DNA from: an uncultured Methanosarcinales archaeon
GTDB taxonomy: Archaea > Nanobdellota > Nanobdellia > Woesearchaeales > GW2011-AR9
Direction of reading: 5' to 3'
Assembly: GCA_964498285.1 (NCBI GenBank)
Contig: CAZCGN010000001.1
Span: 444,681-508,680 of the forward strand
DNA length: 64,000 nt
Made by a program: the position numbers and the translations under genes. Shown here piece by piece: positions 26,831 to 35,923 of this stretch. How positions within the stretch are numbered: position 1 is the stretch's first letter; each line of letters starts with the position of its first letter. Below the pieces are notes generated by a model, which ran no database searches, had not been told where the DNA came from, and worked only from the letters and a program-made list of their open reading frames with translations.

Positions 26831-27868
26831 ATGAAATTAAAGAAGTTTCAGTCTTTTTTACGCTCAAAAGCAATAGATGTTGCATTTTTTGTACATCCAG
26901 ACCCGACTATTACATACCTTTTGCAAGCTCACACAAGCTATGCTTTTTTGCTTGTAGGACAACGTTCTGCCAAGGTGTATGTAAGCAAACTAGACAAGAT
27001 AACACCGCCCAAAGGAATTCTCTCTGAACATTTCCAAAAACAATGGAAAAAACAACTTTTTTCAAGCAAAAAGTTGAGAGTTGGAATTAATAAAGAGCAG
27101 CTCTCGCTCTCTTTTTTTGAAACACTCAAAAAAGTATATCCTAAGGCCAAATTTGTTGATATCGCAAAAGACGTAGCTGAGCTGCGATCAGTGAAAACAA
27201 AAACAGAAATCAGGTACATTCAAAAAGCATGCAACCGTACAGATTTGGCTCTCCGATCTTTTAAGGAAGAATATACAAAATCAAAATTTCAAACAGAACA
27301 ATCTATCGCCCTTTTTTTAGAACGTAAACTGCGCGAGAAAGGGAGTCCTATAGCGTTCCCAACAATTGTGGCATCAAGCGTAAACTCATCAGTTCCACAT
27401 CACGAAACATCAACTAAATATCTCAAACGAGGATTTATACAGTTAGACTTTGGTGCAACGTACAAAAATTACTGTGCAGATATGTCGCGAGTTCTGTTTT
27501 TCGGTAAGCCAACAGCGCAAGAGCGCAAGGATTTTGAACTGCTGAAACATTGTCAGAAAACTGCGCGAAATGCAGCTAAAATAGGTATGGCATTCGGAGC
27601 ATTGGATAAAATCTCACGAAAACAGCTTGGCACAAGAGCAGAATACTTTGTGCATTCCTTGGGCCACGGCATAGGTGTTGAAGTACATGAAGCACCAAAG
27701 GTAGGACCAGGATCTAAAGATATAATTAAGAACAATGTTGTCTTTACTATTGAGCCAGGGATCTATTTACCTCAAAAGTATGGTATTCGAATTGAAGATA
27801 CTGTTGTGTTACAAAAAGGGAAGCTTAAGAGTTTGACAAAGTCAAATCGAGAGCTTATTATTCTCTAA
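26831..27868 (+). CDS. Xaa-Pro aminopeptidase (M24B)
   Basis: PHH, DFG...YCAD, HSLGHGIGVEVHE, TIEPG and RIED. Confidence 0.92.
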   Translation: MKLKKFQSFLRSKAIDVAFFVHPDPTITYLLQAHTSYAFLLVGQRSAKVYVSKLDKITPPKGILSEHFQKQWKKQLFSSKKLRVGINKEQLSLSFFETLKKVYPKAKFVDIAKDVAELRSVKTKTEIRYIQKACNRTDLALRSFKEEYTKSKFQTEQSIALFLERKLREKGSPIAFPTIVASSVNSSVPHHETSTKYLKRGFIQLDFGATYKNYCADMSRVLFFGKPTAQERKDFELLKHCQKTARNAAKIGMAFGALDKISRKQLGTRAEYFVHSLGHGIGVEVHEAPKVGPGSKDIIKNNVVFTIEPGIYLPQKYGIRIEDTVVLQKGKLKSLTKSNRELIIL

Positions 27869-27976
27869 GTTGTTAGGCATATCATTATTACCACAAACCT
27901 TTTAAAAGAGGAGCTCAAGTAAGCTTATACGTGTTTTAGAAGGTTTTACACAAAAGCTTTATAAAGCACATTCAAT

Positions 27977-28051
27977 GGAGCTGTGGTGTAGCTTGGTCTA
28001 GCATTTAAGGTTTGGGACCTTACGACCCCGATTCAAATTCGGGCAGCCCCA
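27977..28051 (+). tRNA. tRNA-Pro(TGG)
   Basis: Cloverleaf with acceptor GGAGCTG/CAGCCCC, anticodon arm TAAGG-TT-TGG-GA-CCTTA and T arm CCCGA-TTCAAAT-TCGGG. The discriminator is A and CCA is not encoded. Confidence 0.92.
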
Positions 28052-28087
28052 TCTTTTATTATCAAGCATCAAAAGGAGTATATACAA

Positions 28088-28282
28088 ATGCCAGCAAAAC
28101 GATTTGGAGCACGATATGGGCGAAAACCCAAGAAAAACTTTGCAAAAATTGAAAAGCAACACAGAGCAAAGCATAAAAGTCCGTTCTCAAATAAACGAAG
28201 TGTGCGACGTCTTGCAACAGGTATTTGGATTTGTAAAAAAACCGGCATAAAGTTTACCGGTAAAGCATACACCCCTAAGTAA
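28088..28282 (+). CDS. rpl37ae: Ribosomal protein L37ae (eL43), zinc-free variant
   Basis: RFGARYG..IE..VRRLATGIW.CKK.G.KFTG.AYTP, upstream of rpo12 as in the conserved archaeal order. Confidence 0.9.
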   Translation: MPAKRFGARYGRKPKKNFAKIEKQHRAKHKSPFSNKRSVRRLATGIWICKKTGIKFTGKAYTPK

Positions 28283-28293
28283 GGAGACAAACT

Positions 28294-28428
28294 ATGGATT
28301 ACAAATGTTTTCATTGCGATAAGAAAGTTGAAGAAGAGTACACTAAAACACGTGTGCGATGCCCCTACTGTGGTGGAAAAGCTTTATACAAGAGCCGAAA
28401 TGTGCCTAAAACTGTTAAAGCACGGTAA
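28294..28428 (+). CDS. rpo12: RNA polymerase subunit P (Rpo12); missing from the ORF track
   Basis: My translation is MDYKCFHCDKKVEEEYTKTRVRCPYCGGKALYKSRNVPKTVKAR*. It has an AGGAG SD and lies between rpl37ae and prefoldin beta. Confidence 0.92.
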   Translation: MDYKCFHCDKKVEEEYTKTRVRCPYCGGKALYKSRNVPKTVKAR

Positions 28429-28446
28429 GAATTTCTCACAAATACA

Positions 28447-28779
28447 ATGTCACAACAACACGTTCAAAAACTTCATCTTCTTCAACAAAATTTGCAGAAT
28501 ATTGCTAACCAAAAACAACAATTCTCAGCGCAACTAGCAGAAATTGAATCTGCAATTAAGGAAGTTCCGAACAGTTCTTCAACATACAAAATAGTTGGAA
28601 AGTTAATGGTTGCGCAGGATGCAGCAACCTTAACAAAAGAGTTAGAAGAACAAGAAACACTCATCAAACTTCGTATCTCAACAATTGAAAAACAAGAATT
28701 AAGTGTCAAAGAAACATTAGAGAAAACCCAAAAAGAAATGCTTGATACAATCAAAGAGCAGGATACTTCTAAAGAATGA
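28447..28779 (+). CDS. pfdB: Prefoldin beta subunit
   Basis: Coiled coil - YKIVGKLMV hairpin - coiled coil, in the conserved context. Confidence 0.9.
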   Translation: MSQQHVQKLHLLQQNLQNIANQKQQFSAQLAEIESAIKEVPNSSSTYKIVGKLMVAQDAATLTKELEEQETLIKLRISTIEKQELSVKETLEKTQKEMLDTIKEQDTSKE

Positions 28780-29015
28780 ATGACCTACAAGAAATTATTG
28801 AACATCTTGAGATGATTAAAGAGGATCAAGATAGTAATAAACGAATTCAAGACATTATTGACAAAGTCATCACAATTCTTAAAACAAATAAAGAGCTGAG
28901 TGCTCAAAAAGCAGTTATGCAACTTGAAGAGATAAATTCTGGCGCGATAAACTCATACATCCGCGGACAGTTATGGGAAGTCATGAGTAAGCTTGAGAGT
29001 ATCAATGCAAGTTAA
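28776..29015 (+). CDS. UPF0147 family protein
   Basis: 79-aa helical protein with LEEI......Y.R.QLW...S.LE. Confidence 0.7.
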   Translation: MNDLQEIIEHLEMIKEDQDSNKRIQDIIDKVITILKTNKELSAQKAVMQLEEINSGAINSYIRGQLWEVMSKLESINAS

Positions 29016-29545
29016 CTCTTCTTTAGGTACTTAGCTTTCATAAAAAACGAATTGGGAACATACAAAACATCTCCTCGTTTTGATTTGATTTGTGTTTCTA
29101 AAAGACCAATCTTGAGCACTTTCCCATGCACTTCTCTTGTAGAAATATTTTTTCCAATATGAACAATATTTTTCCGTACAATCAAAAAACGCGAAATAAA
29201 ATCTGGAACAATATCTTTTATTCCTACCAATAAAGTAAGACCAATTAGAATTAAAAAGCCCGCAACTACTATGTACAATATGAACGAGGTGATGCCCCAT
29301 TCTCGAAGCAAAAATAGAATTGTTGCAGCATATACTGCGTAGGAGAGAAGACTGCTTAAGATATCTTGCGCGTTATAGGAAAATCCCACATATCTCAATT
29401 TTTTATTAAGACCAAGTTCAGAAAAAATCTTATTGCTCCATTTTTTGACCAAAAGACCAATGCCAAAACCGGCAAGTAAGATGATAAAGCTGGTTCCAGT
29501 AAGGTACAAGTATTCTCGTACGATAAATAAAATTTGTTGAATCAT
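29012..29545 (-). CDS. Small MscS-like mechanosensitive channel family protein
   Basis: Three TMs followed by G.V.KIGLLET.I....G....VPNS. Confidence 0.75.
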   Translation of the reverse strand: MIQQILFIVREYLYLTGTSFIILLAGFGIGLLVKKWSNKIFSELGLNKKLRYVGFSYNAQDILSSLLSYAVYAATILFLLREWGITSFILYIVVAGFLILIGLTLLVGIKDIVPDFISRFLIVRKNIVHIGKNISTREVHGKVLKIGLLETQIKSKRGDVLYVPNSFFMKAKYLKKS

Positions 29546-30792
29546 TTTGTCGAAAGAGCTTTTTTCGGCATGCTCCTTTTTACAACAAACACATTAAGAG
29601 AACTAAGAATAATTGTTCCTGTAATTACAACGTATACTATTTTTGCAACGGTATCGGCAAATACGATCTCTTGTACCACCGCGATCTGGGCGATAGCTGC
29701 AGCGGCAAGACCTCTTGCAAAAATACTGTCAATGAGCTTCCTATCCCCTGGCGCGTCTTTTTTTGTAAGCACCCACGATGCTCTTCGTGCAAAGAGCAAC
29801 ACAACTGCGATGATTCCGCCAATAAGAAGTGCCCGGGTATCACTTAAGTCGATTAGTACACCGATATACACAAAAAAGAATGTTTTAAGCAAGAAAGATA
29901 CTTGATGATAGAAATATTCTTCAGAGTGAGTTGTTGCAGCAACACCAAGGCCACCTTTAATAATATCTTTACGTTTACGTTTTGGAACTCGTTTGACAAG
30001 GCCAGCCGTGATCGAAGTGAGTTGTTTTGAATTGTTAAGCATAAGTCCGAAGAAAAGGGTCGCAATCGCTCCGTTTCCTTGCAAGAACTGTGCAAGAACA
30101 TAAATTAAGATGATGTATGCAATTGTGATCATATAGTTATGTTCTTTGAACACCTTGATCACAAGAATTGTCCAAATGATTCCTGCAACAATCCCTACGA
30201 TTGCGCCAACAGCAAAAAGTGAGACGAGTTGTGAGAGCGTTTTTTGAAACCCAAAATTTCCTCCAATACGCATAAACTCAAGAACAGTTAGGGCAAATAC
30301 TATACAAAAAACATCAGTCAGGGCAGATTCAAGTGTGAGAAGAGAGTAAATTCTTGGCTTAATTTTCATTTGTTTGAGTACCGGAATAACAAACGCTGAT
30401 GAGACTCCACCTAACGCAAATCCTGTAACCAACGAAACGGAAAGTGGAAACTTAAAGAGATACATAATTATTGTAATGATTACTGATGAGACGAAAAAAT
30501 TGAAAACTGTTAAAAGAAAACTACTTGAAAATTCTTTGATAAGTGAAGTCAAATTAATATTAAACGCCCCATCAAAAAGTAAAAAAAGCAAGGTAAATGT
30601 CGTAAAGATTGGCGCGATACTTGCAAGGGAAGCTGGTGTAACAAAATCAAGTACATGCGGGCCCATAACAAACCCTAAAATAATAAGGAAAAGCACATCT
30701 GGAATTCCGATTTTTCGAAATGTGAACTCTGAGAAAAATCCGAAAAAGAGAATAAGGCTGATTGCAAGCAGAATTAAGGTTACCAAGTCCAT
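29542..30792 (-). CDS. Cation:proton antiporter (CPA1/NhaP-like)
   Basis: About 12 TMs with IPDVLFL..LG...GP, LLFDG, LESALTD and ARGLAAA. ATG 30792 is preferred. Confidence 0.88.
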   Translation of the reverse strand: MDLVTLILLAISLILFFGFFSEFTFRKIGIPDVLFLIILGFVMGPHVLDFVTPASLASIAPIFTTFTLLFLLFDGAFNINLTSLIKEFSSSFLLTVFNFFVSSVIITIIMYLFKFPLSVSLVTGFALGGVSSAFVIPVLKQMKIKPRIYSLLTLESALTDVFCIVFALTVLEFMRIGGNFGFQKTLSQLVSLFAVGAIVGIVAGIIWTILVIKVFKEHNYMITIAYIILIYVLAQFLQGNGAIATLFFGLMLNNSKQLTSITAGLVKRVPKRKRKDIIKGGLGVAATTHSEEYFYHQVSFLLKTFFFVYIGVLIDLSDTRALLIGGIIAVVLLFARRASWVLTKKDAPGDRKLIDSIFARGLAAAAIAQIAVVQEIVFADTVAKIVYVVITGTIILSSLNVFVVKRSMPKKALSTK

Positions 30793-30893
30793 ACCATATA
30801 TTAAACAATACACGTTTAAATATATTACTATTTACGCACAGTTCTTGTTTCTAACCCCAATCTTTTTAAGCTTAAGAAGATCATTTGTGATTA

Positions 30894-31991
30894 ATGGCAA
30901 GTAACCTTGATAGGATCAAAGAACTTGAAGCGGAATTAAAAAAAACAAAGTACAATAAAGCAACACAGCATCATATTGGCCTTGTTAAAGCAAAAATTGC
31001 GCTTCTCAAAGAAAAAGAACAATCAAGATCGTCCAAGAAGACCGGTCAATCAGACCACGGATATTCAGTTCGAAAATCAGGGGATGGAACGGTTCTTTTG
31101 TTAGGCTTTCCTTCAGCAGGAAAATCAACTCTTCTTAACAAGATTACTGGAGCAGACTCAGATGTTGGTGCGTATGCCTTTACAACATTGGGCGTAATCC
31201 CTGGCCTTCTCAACTATAATCAAGCAAAGATTCAGATTTTGGACGTGCCCGGTATTGTACAGGGGGCGGCTTCAGGCAGAGGCAGGGGAAAAGAAGTTCT
31301 TGCAGTTATTAGAACAGCTGACCTTATTCTTATGGTTGTTGATGTCACAACCCCAAAACATTACAAAGCTCTTCTTAAGGAAGTGTGGGAGTCAGGAATT
31401 CGTATCAATAAGAAAAAGCCAGAAGTGTACATAAAAAAGAAAGCGAAAGGCGGGATTCAAATAGGCAAAACAGTCGCATTAGATGTTGATGATAATACCC
31501 TCAAACGCATTTTACGTGAATTTAAATATAACAATTGTGAGGTTCTTATCCGCTCAAAGATCGATATCGATGATTTCATTGACTGTATTGAAGGGCACAA
31601 AAAGTATTTGCCCGCGGTGATTATCTTAAGTAAGGGGGATATGGTTCCTTTACAGGAAGCAAAAAAAGTTCAAAAAGAGATTGGCGCTGATTTGATTGTC
31701 TCAGCCCATACTGGAAAAAACATTGAAAAGCTCAAAAGCGTTATGTTTAAAAGATTAGATTTCATGCGTATTTACCTTAAAGAGCCACGAAAAGAAGCAG
31801 ATATGAAAGAGCCCCTTATCATTCAAAAGCCTGCAAGAATCCGTGATGTATGTTCTAAATTGCACAAAGATTTTGTTGCAAAGTTCAGATTTTCGCGTGT
31901 GTGGGGGAAAAGTGCAAAGTTTCCTGGTCAAAGGCTCATGCTTCATCATAAACTCAAAGATGGGGACATTTTGGAATTGCATATTGACTGA
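30894..31991 (+). CDS. DRG/Obg-family GTPase with TGS domain
   Basis: NKATQHHIG, GFPSAGKST, YAFTT, DVPG and VWGKSAKFPGQ. Confidence 0.93.
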   Translation: MASNLDRIKELEAELKKTKYNKATQHHIGLVKAKIALLKEKEQSRSSKKTGQSDHGYSVRKSGDGTVLLLGFPSAGKSTLLNKITGADSDVGAYAFTTLGVIPGLLNYNQAKIQILDVPGIVQGAASGRGRGKEVLAVIRTADLILMVVDVTTPKHYKALLKEVWESGIRINKKKPEVYIKKKAKGGIQIGKTVALDVDDNTLKRILREFKYNNCEVLIRSKIDIDDFIDCIEGHKKYLPAVIILSKGDMVPLQEAKKVQKEIGADLIVSAHTGKNIEKLKSVMFKRLDFMRIYLKEPRKEADMKEPLIIQKPARIRDVCSKLHKDFVAKFRFSRVWGKSAKFPGQRLMLHHKLKDGDILELHID

Positions 31992-32003
31992 AAATAATAA
32001 AAA

Positions 32004-32906
32004 TTAGAATTTCAATCCCAACTGCGCTGGTTGCTGGCCCGCTACATACCCTTCACCCACTGAACCTGCATGGTACATTACTTCTCCTGCTACACTTTCT
32101 AGGCGAAGTTGCGCTCGTTCAGACAAGCTTTGTGCTTCAAGACTAATATGCTCTGCTAAATCAGCAGCACTAACCTGGGCACCATTAATTCCCGAACGCA
32201 CACGAGCCAGAAGACGTTTTGAGGATGTACGATTCCCAACTTGCGCCATGTACGCTGAGAGCGCAGCACCTTTATATGAAACATCGCAACTAGCACCAAT
32301 ACGTGCGGTAATTCCACTTGCCCCTTCCAAGATAACATCAACAGCACTTTCTAAGGATGGTTTATCAAACCTATGGATAACTCTTGCTTGCGCAACATGC
32401 GGGCTGTGAAATGAGGTCCAAGAGCCAGTTGCAGGGTCGTGCAAAGAGAAACCAGCCCGCACAGCCATCTGTCCGTTTCCTCCATAGGTTCCAAAATCAC
32501 CAGAATCGATGCAAAGGTATAACTCAGAGCCATCAGTTTCACCAACTTTACTTGAAAGAACAAATCGTTCTGCCCCTGGCGCGTACCGAACAATTGGTGC
32601 ATCACCAGTTTTTGTTTCAAGAACATCAGCAATTGCGTGTGGTGTAAGTTCCTCAAACTTCGGTGTTACAAGGCCAAACCATTTAACCGAGCTGCCTGTA
32701 ACTTTTCCACGCAAATAAAGATCTCGCGCATTCACACCTTCTTGAATTGAACTAAAGTTAGCAACTCTTGCTCGCAATCGTGAGCGCAACCCAGGTGGTA
32801 TTTGAATATCTCCAACTCGTATGTTCTTTCCTTCAAGCTTTACGCCTCCCTTGATTGTGTGGCTAATTGGTCTTCTGTATGGAATTGTATCAATTGTATG
32901 TATCAT
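32004..32906 (-). CDS. Hypothetical protein, weak DUF932-like
   Basis: GLVTPKFEEL....ADVL, YLCID...NGQMAVRAGF, ARVIH and LESVAGEV loosely match DUF932 motifs. There is a GGAGG SD. Confidence 0.5.
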   Translation of the reverse strand: MIHTIDTIPYRRPISHTIKGGVKLEGKNIRVGDIQIPPGLRSRLRARVANFSSIQEGVNARDLYLRGKVTGSSVKWFGLVTPKFEELTPHAIADVLETKTGDAPIVRYAPGAERFVLSSKVGETDGSELYLCIDSGDFGTYGGNGQMAVRAGFSLHDPATGSWTSFHSPHVAQARVIHRFDKPSLESAVDVILEGASGITARIGASCDVSYKGAALSAYMAQVGNRTSSKRLLARVRSGINGAQVSAADLAEHISLEAQSLSERAQLRLESVAGEVMYHAGSVGEGYVAGQQPAQLGLKF

Positions 32907-33017
32907 TTTTGTAAATCCTCCAATAGTACTATTCTTAGCTCCCCCAAAACTATATAAGAAAAAGTGGGCATGTTCTTCACCACAACTCTTATAAAGAATT
33001 TCTTCTTACTACTTTTC

Positions 33018-33725
33018 ATGTTTGAAAAATTAGAACATATTGGGCTTACGAAAACAGAAAGCAAGATTTATTTGATGCTTTTAGATGTAACAAAAGCGCA
33101 AGCAGGTGTTCTTTCTCGAAAAACGGGGATTCATAGGCGGAGCATTTATGATGCACTTGACAGACTCATTGAAAAGGGTCTTGTAAGTTATATCATGGAA
33201 AATGATAAGCGTTATTATATGGCTGAGGACCCAAAACGTGTACAAGACCTTATCGATGAGCAAACTGAGCAGGTATATTCTGTAATGCCCCTTTTGCAAG
33301 CAAAGTTTGCAGAACATAAGGGTAAACAAGAGACTCTCTTCTATCGAGGAAAGGAAGGTATTAAAACCATATTCGAAGATCAGATACGTGATAAAAAGAC
33401 CGTCTACATTATTGGTGCATCACGTAGTGCTGCTGACATCATGAAGTATTACTTGCCTCATTATACAAATAAGCGAATCAAACAAAAGTTGCAGCTTCAT
33501 ATGCTCTATTCTGGCAGAAAACAAGAGTTACCTGTGCCCCTTACAAAAATAAAATATTTGCCCAAAAGTTTTGAAACATTAGTTTCAACTAACATTTATG
33601 GGGATAAAGTTGCTATTATCTTGTGGCTTGCTCATGATCCAGTTGCTATTTTGATTAAACAGCCGGACGTTGCAAAAACGTTCAAAAACTATTTTGATAT
33701 GCTCTGGAAAATTGCCAAAGAGTAA
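33018..33725 (+). CDS. TrmB-family transcriptional regulator
   Basis: LEHIGLTKTESKIY..HRRSIYDALDRLIEKGLVS wHTH and C-terminal IYGDKVAI...F..LW. Start ATG 33018. Confidence 0.9.
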   Translation: MFEKLEHIGLTKTESKIYLMLLDVTKAQAGVLSRKTGIHRRSIYDALDRLIEKGLVSYIMENDKRYYMAEDPKRVQDLIDEQTEQVYSVMPLLQAKFAEHKGKQETLFYRGKEGIKTIFEDQIRDKKTVYIIGASRSAADIMKYYLPHYTNKRIKQKLQLHMLYSGRKQELPVPLTKIKYLPKSFETLVSTNIYGDKVAIILWLAHDPVAILIKQPDVAKTFKNYFDMLWKIAKE

Positions 33726-33767
33726 AATTACCAAACATTCTTAAAGGAGCCCCATAATATATAGTTC

Positions 33768-34055
33768 ATGGCAGTTAAATACAAACAAAAATGCTTCAGG
33801 TGCAAGAAAAATTATGTTATTGCAACTTGGCGAAAAAAATTTGTTCAGTGTTATGATTGCGAGAAGGATCAATTGGTAGGCGAAATTAAGGATCCTAAAA
33901 TGAAAAAGATGTTTAAAATTCCAGATGACTTTTACAAAGAGAACAGTTTTTTACGTAGTATCAAAATAAATTATCTACGGTTTGGTTCTCTTTCTGATAA
34001 ACAGATCGAAACGTTCAAAAAAGCGGTCGAAAAGATGAAAGAAGAAAGCGAGTAG
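33768..34055 (+). CDS. Small zinc-finger hypothetical protein
   Basis: CFRC...CYDC and LSDKQ motif, with its own TATA-like element. Confidence 0.7.
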   Translation: MAVKYKQKCFRCKKNYVIATWRKKFVQCYDCEKDQLVGEIKDPKMKKMFKIPDDFYKENSFLRSIKINYLRFGSLSDKQIETFKKAVEKMKEESE

Positions 34056-34106
34056 ATTCTCACATCTTAGCAACATTTAAAATCTTTTACAAATTCCTTT
34101 TCTTCG

Positions 34107-35879
34107 ATGGCTCTTCGAGATAATCCTATTGTATCTATGGTCTCTGAGGCCTGGCGCTACTCAGATAAAAAGTGGGTTGTATTTCTGTTCTTAACACTAT
34201 CTGGAATAGCGCAGCTTATCATGCTTCTTCAGCCCTTGATCATAGGAAAAGTCTTGAACATAATTCAAGAGAGCGGGGTTACACAAGAAACCATAACTCC
34301 CATTTTGTTGTACGTTCTTGCCATCCTTGCCATATTTTTTGGGTTTTGGATATTTCATGGTCCGGCGCGAGTATTAGAGCGAAAAAACGCTTTTTTTGTT
34401 AGGGCAAATTATACGATGTATCTTGTCAACGGTATTTTGAATCTTTCACCAAAATGGCATTCTCAAACACATTCGGGCGACACTATAGATAAAATTGAGA
34501 AGTCTTCAAGATCGTTGTTTGAATTTTCCCAAGCGCTCTATGAACTTGTTGAGCTTGTTGTACGTTTAGGTGGATCATTCCTTGTTTTGGCTTTTTTTGA
34601 TATTAGGGCAGCTATTCCAGTTATCATCATAACAACTCTTATTTCGATTACTGTTTTAGTACTTGATGCGAAGCTTAATGTTCAGTATAAACAGCTTAAT
34701 CAGAAAGAAAATAATATTGCCGCCCAGATATTTGATACTATCAGCAATATTACAACTGTCATCATTATTCGAATTGAAAAGCTCCTTTCCAAGGAAATTT
34801 TACGTAAAGTGCTTGACCCACTCAAAATTTATTCACATAACATTAAGCTTAATGAGACCAAATGGGCGTTAGTTTCAATGCTCTCAGGAATCATGCTTGT
34901 GTGGGTTCTTGTGGGTCACATTTGGCATCAATATTCAAACGGCGTGCCAGTTCTGGTAGGAACTCTCTATATTCTCTTTGGATATATTGATAAGATCAGC
35001 GCACAATTCTACAGATTTACATACCGGTACAGTAGAATTGTTCGATGGAATTCTGCGATTGAATCCATGCGTGAGGTAAGTGATCATTTCAAAGACAAAA
35101 AGAAAGAAAGAGTAAAAGCACTCCAGAAAGATTGGCAGAATCTTGAAATTCAAAACTTGTCATTTTCCTATGAGGAAGACCATAAAACACTTCACTTAGA
35201 TAAACTTAATTTCAAAATTCTGAGGGGGCAGAAAGTAGCCTTTATTGGGGAGAGCGGTTCGGGTAAAACAACGATGCTCAAAATTCTGAGGGGACTGTAT
35301 AGAACAAAAAAAGGAGAAGTTCTTGTTGATGGAAAAGAGCTCAAGGGAAGGTTTTTGCCAATTTCAAAGACAGTGACTCTCATTCCGCAAGAACCAGAAA
35401 TCTTTACAACAACTCTCAAACGTAATATTACCATGGGCGTTCCATACCCTCGAAAGGTGATCAATACATTTGTGAGGCTGGCACGGTTCAATACTGTTGC
35501 GCAGCGTCTTCCTAAAAAACTGAACACAAATGTTATGGAAAAGGGTGTTTCACTCTCTGGAGGAGAAAAACAACGGCTTGCACTTGCCCGGGGTTTGCTT
35601 GCTGTTCGCGATTCACAATTTATTTTGCTAGATGAACCAACAAGTAGTGTGGATGCTGCAAACGAAATTGAGATATACAAAAACATCTATCGTAAATTTA
35701 AAGATCGTACAATTATCTCAACAGTTCATAATTTAAGTTTACTTCCACTGTTTGATCAGATTTATATGTTTAGAAAAGGCAGAATCATTGCAAACGGATC
35801 TTTTTGGGAGCTAATGGAAAGTTCAAAATCGTTCAAACGAATGTGGGATAAGTATAAATACAAAAAGAAGCAAAAGTAG
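34107..35879 (+). CDS. ABC exporter, fused permease/ATPase
   Basis: TM domain plus GESGSGKTT, LSGGEKQR, LLDEPTS and H-loop. Confidence 0.93.
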   Translation: MALRDNPIVSMVSEAWRYSDKKWVVFLFLTLSGIAQLIMLLQPLIIGKVLNIIQESGVTQETITPILLYVLAILAIFFGFWIFHGPARVLERKNAFFVRANYTMYLVNGILNLSPKWHSQTHSGDTIDKIEKSSRSLFEFSQALYELVELVVRLGGSFLVLAFFDIRAAIPVIIITTLISITVLVLDAKLNVQYKQLNQKENNIAAQIFDTISNITTVIIIRIEKLLSKEILRKVLDPLKIYSHNIKLNETKWALVSMLSGIMLVWVLVGHIWHQYSNGVPVLVGTLYILFGYIDKISAQFYRFTYRYSRIVRWNSAIESMREVSDHFKDKKKERVKALQKDWQNLEIQNLSFSYEEDHKTLHLDKLNFKILRGQKVAFIGESGSGKTTMLKILRGLYRTKKGEVLVDGKELKGRFLPISKTVTLIPQEPEIFTTTLKRNITMGVPYPRKVINTFVRLARFNTVAQRLPKKLNTNVMEKGVSLSGGEKQRLALARGLLAVRDSQFILLDEPTSSVDAANEIEIYKNIYRKFKDRTIISTVHNLSLLPLFDQIYMFRKGRIIANGSFWELMESSKSFKRMWDKYKYKKKQK

Positions 35880-35923
35880 TTCTTCCTAAACGTTTATAAA
35901 TCTTGTTTTCTTTAAAATTACCT

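Noticed and set aside
28328..28537. 69-aa ORF between rpl37ae and pfdB
   Set aside because: It is in the wrong frame. The real gene is rpo12 at 28294-28428.
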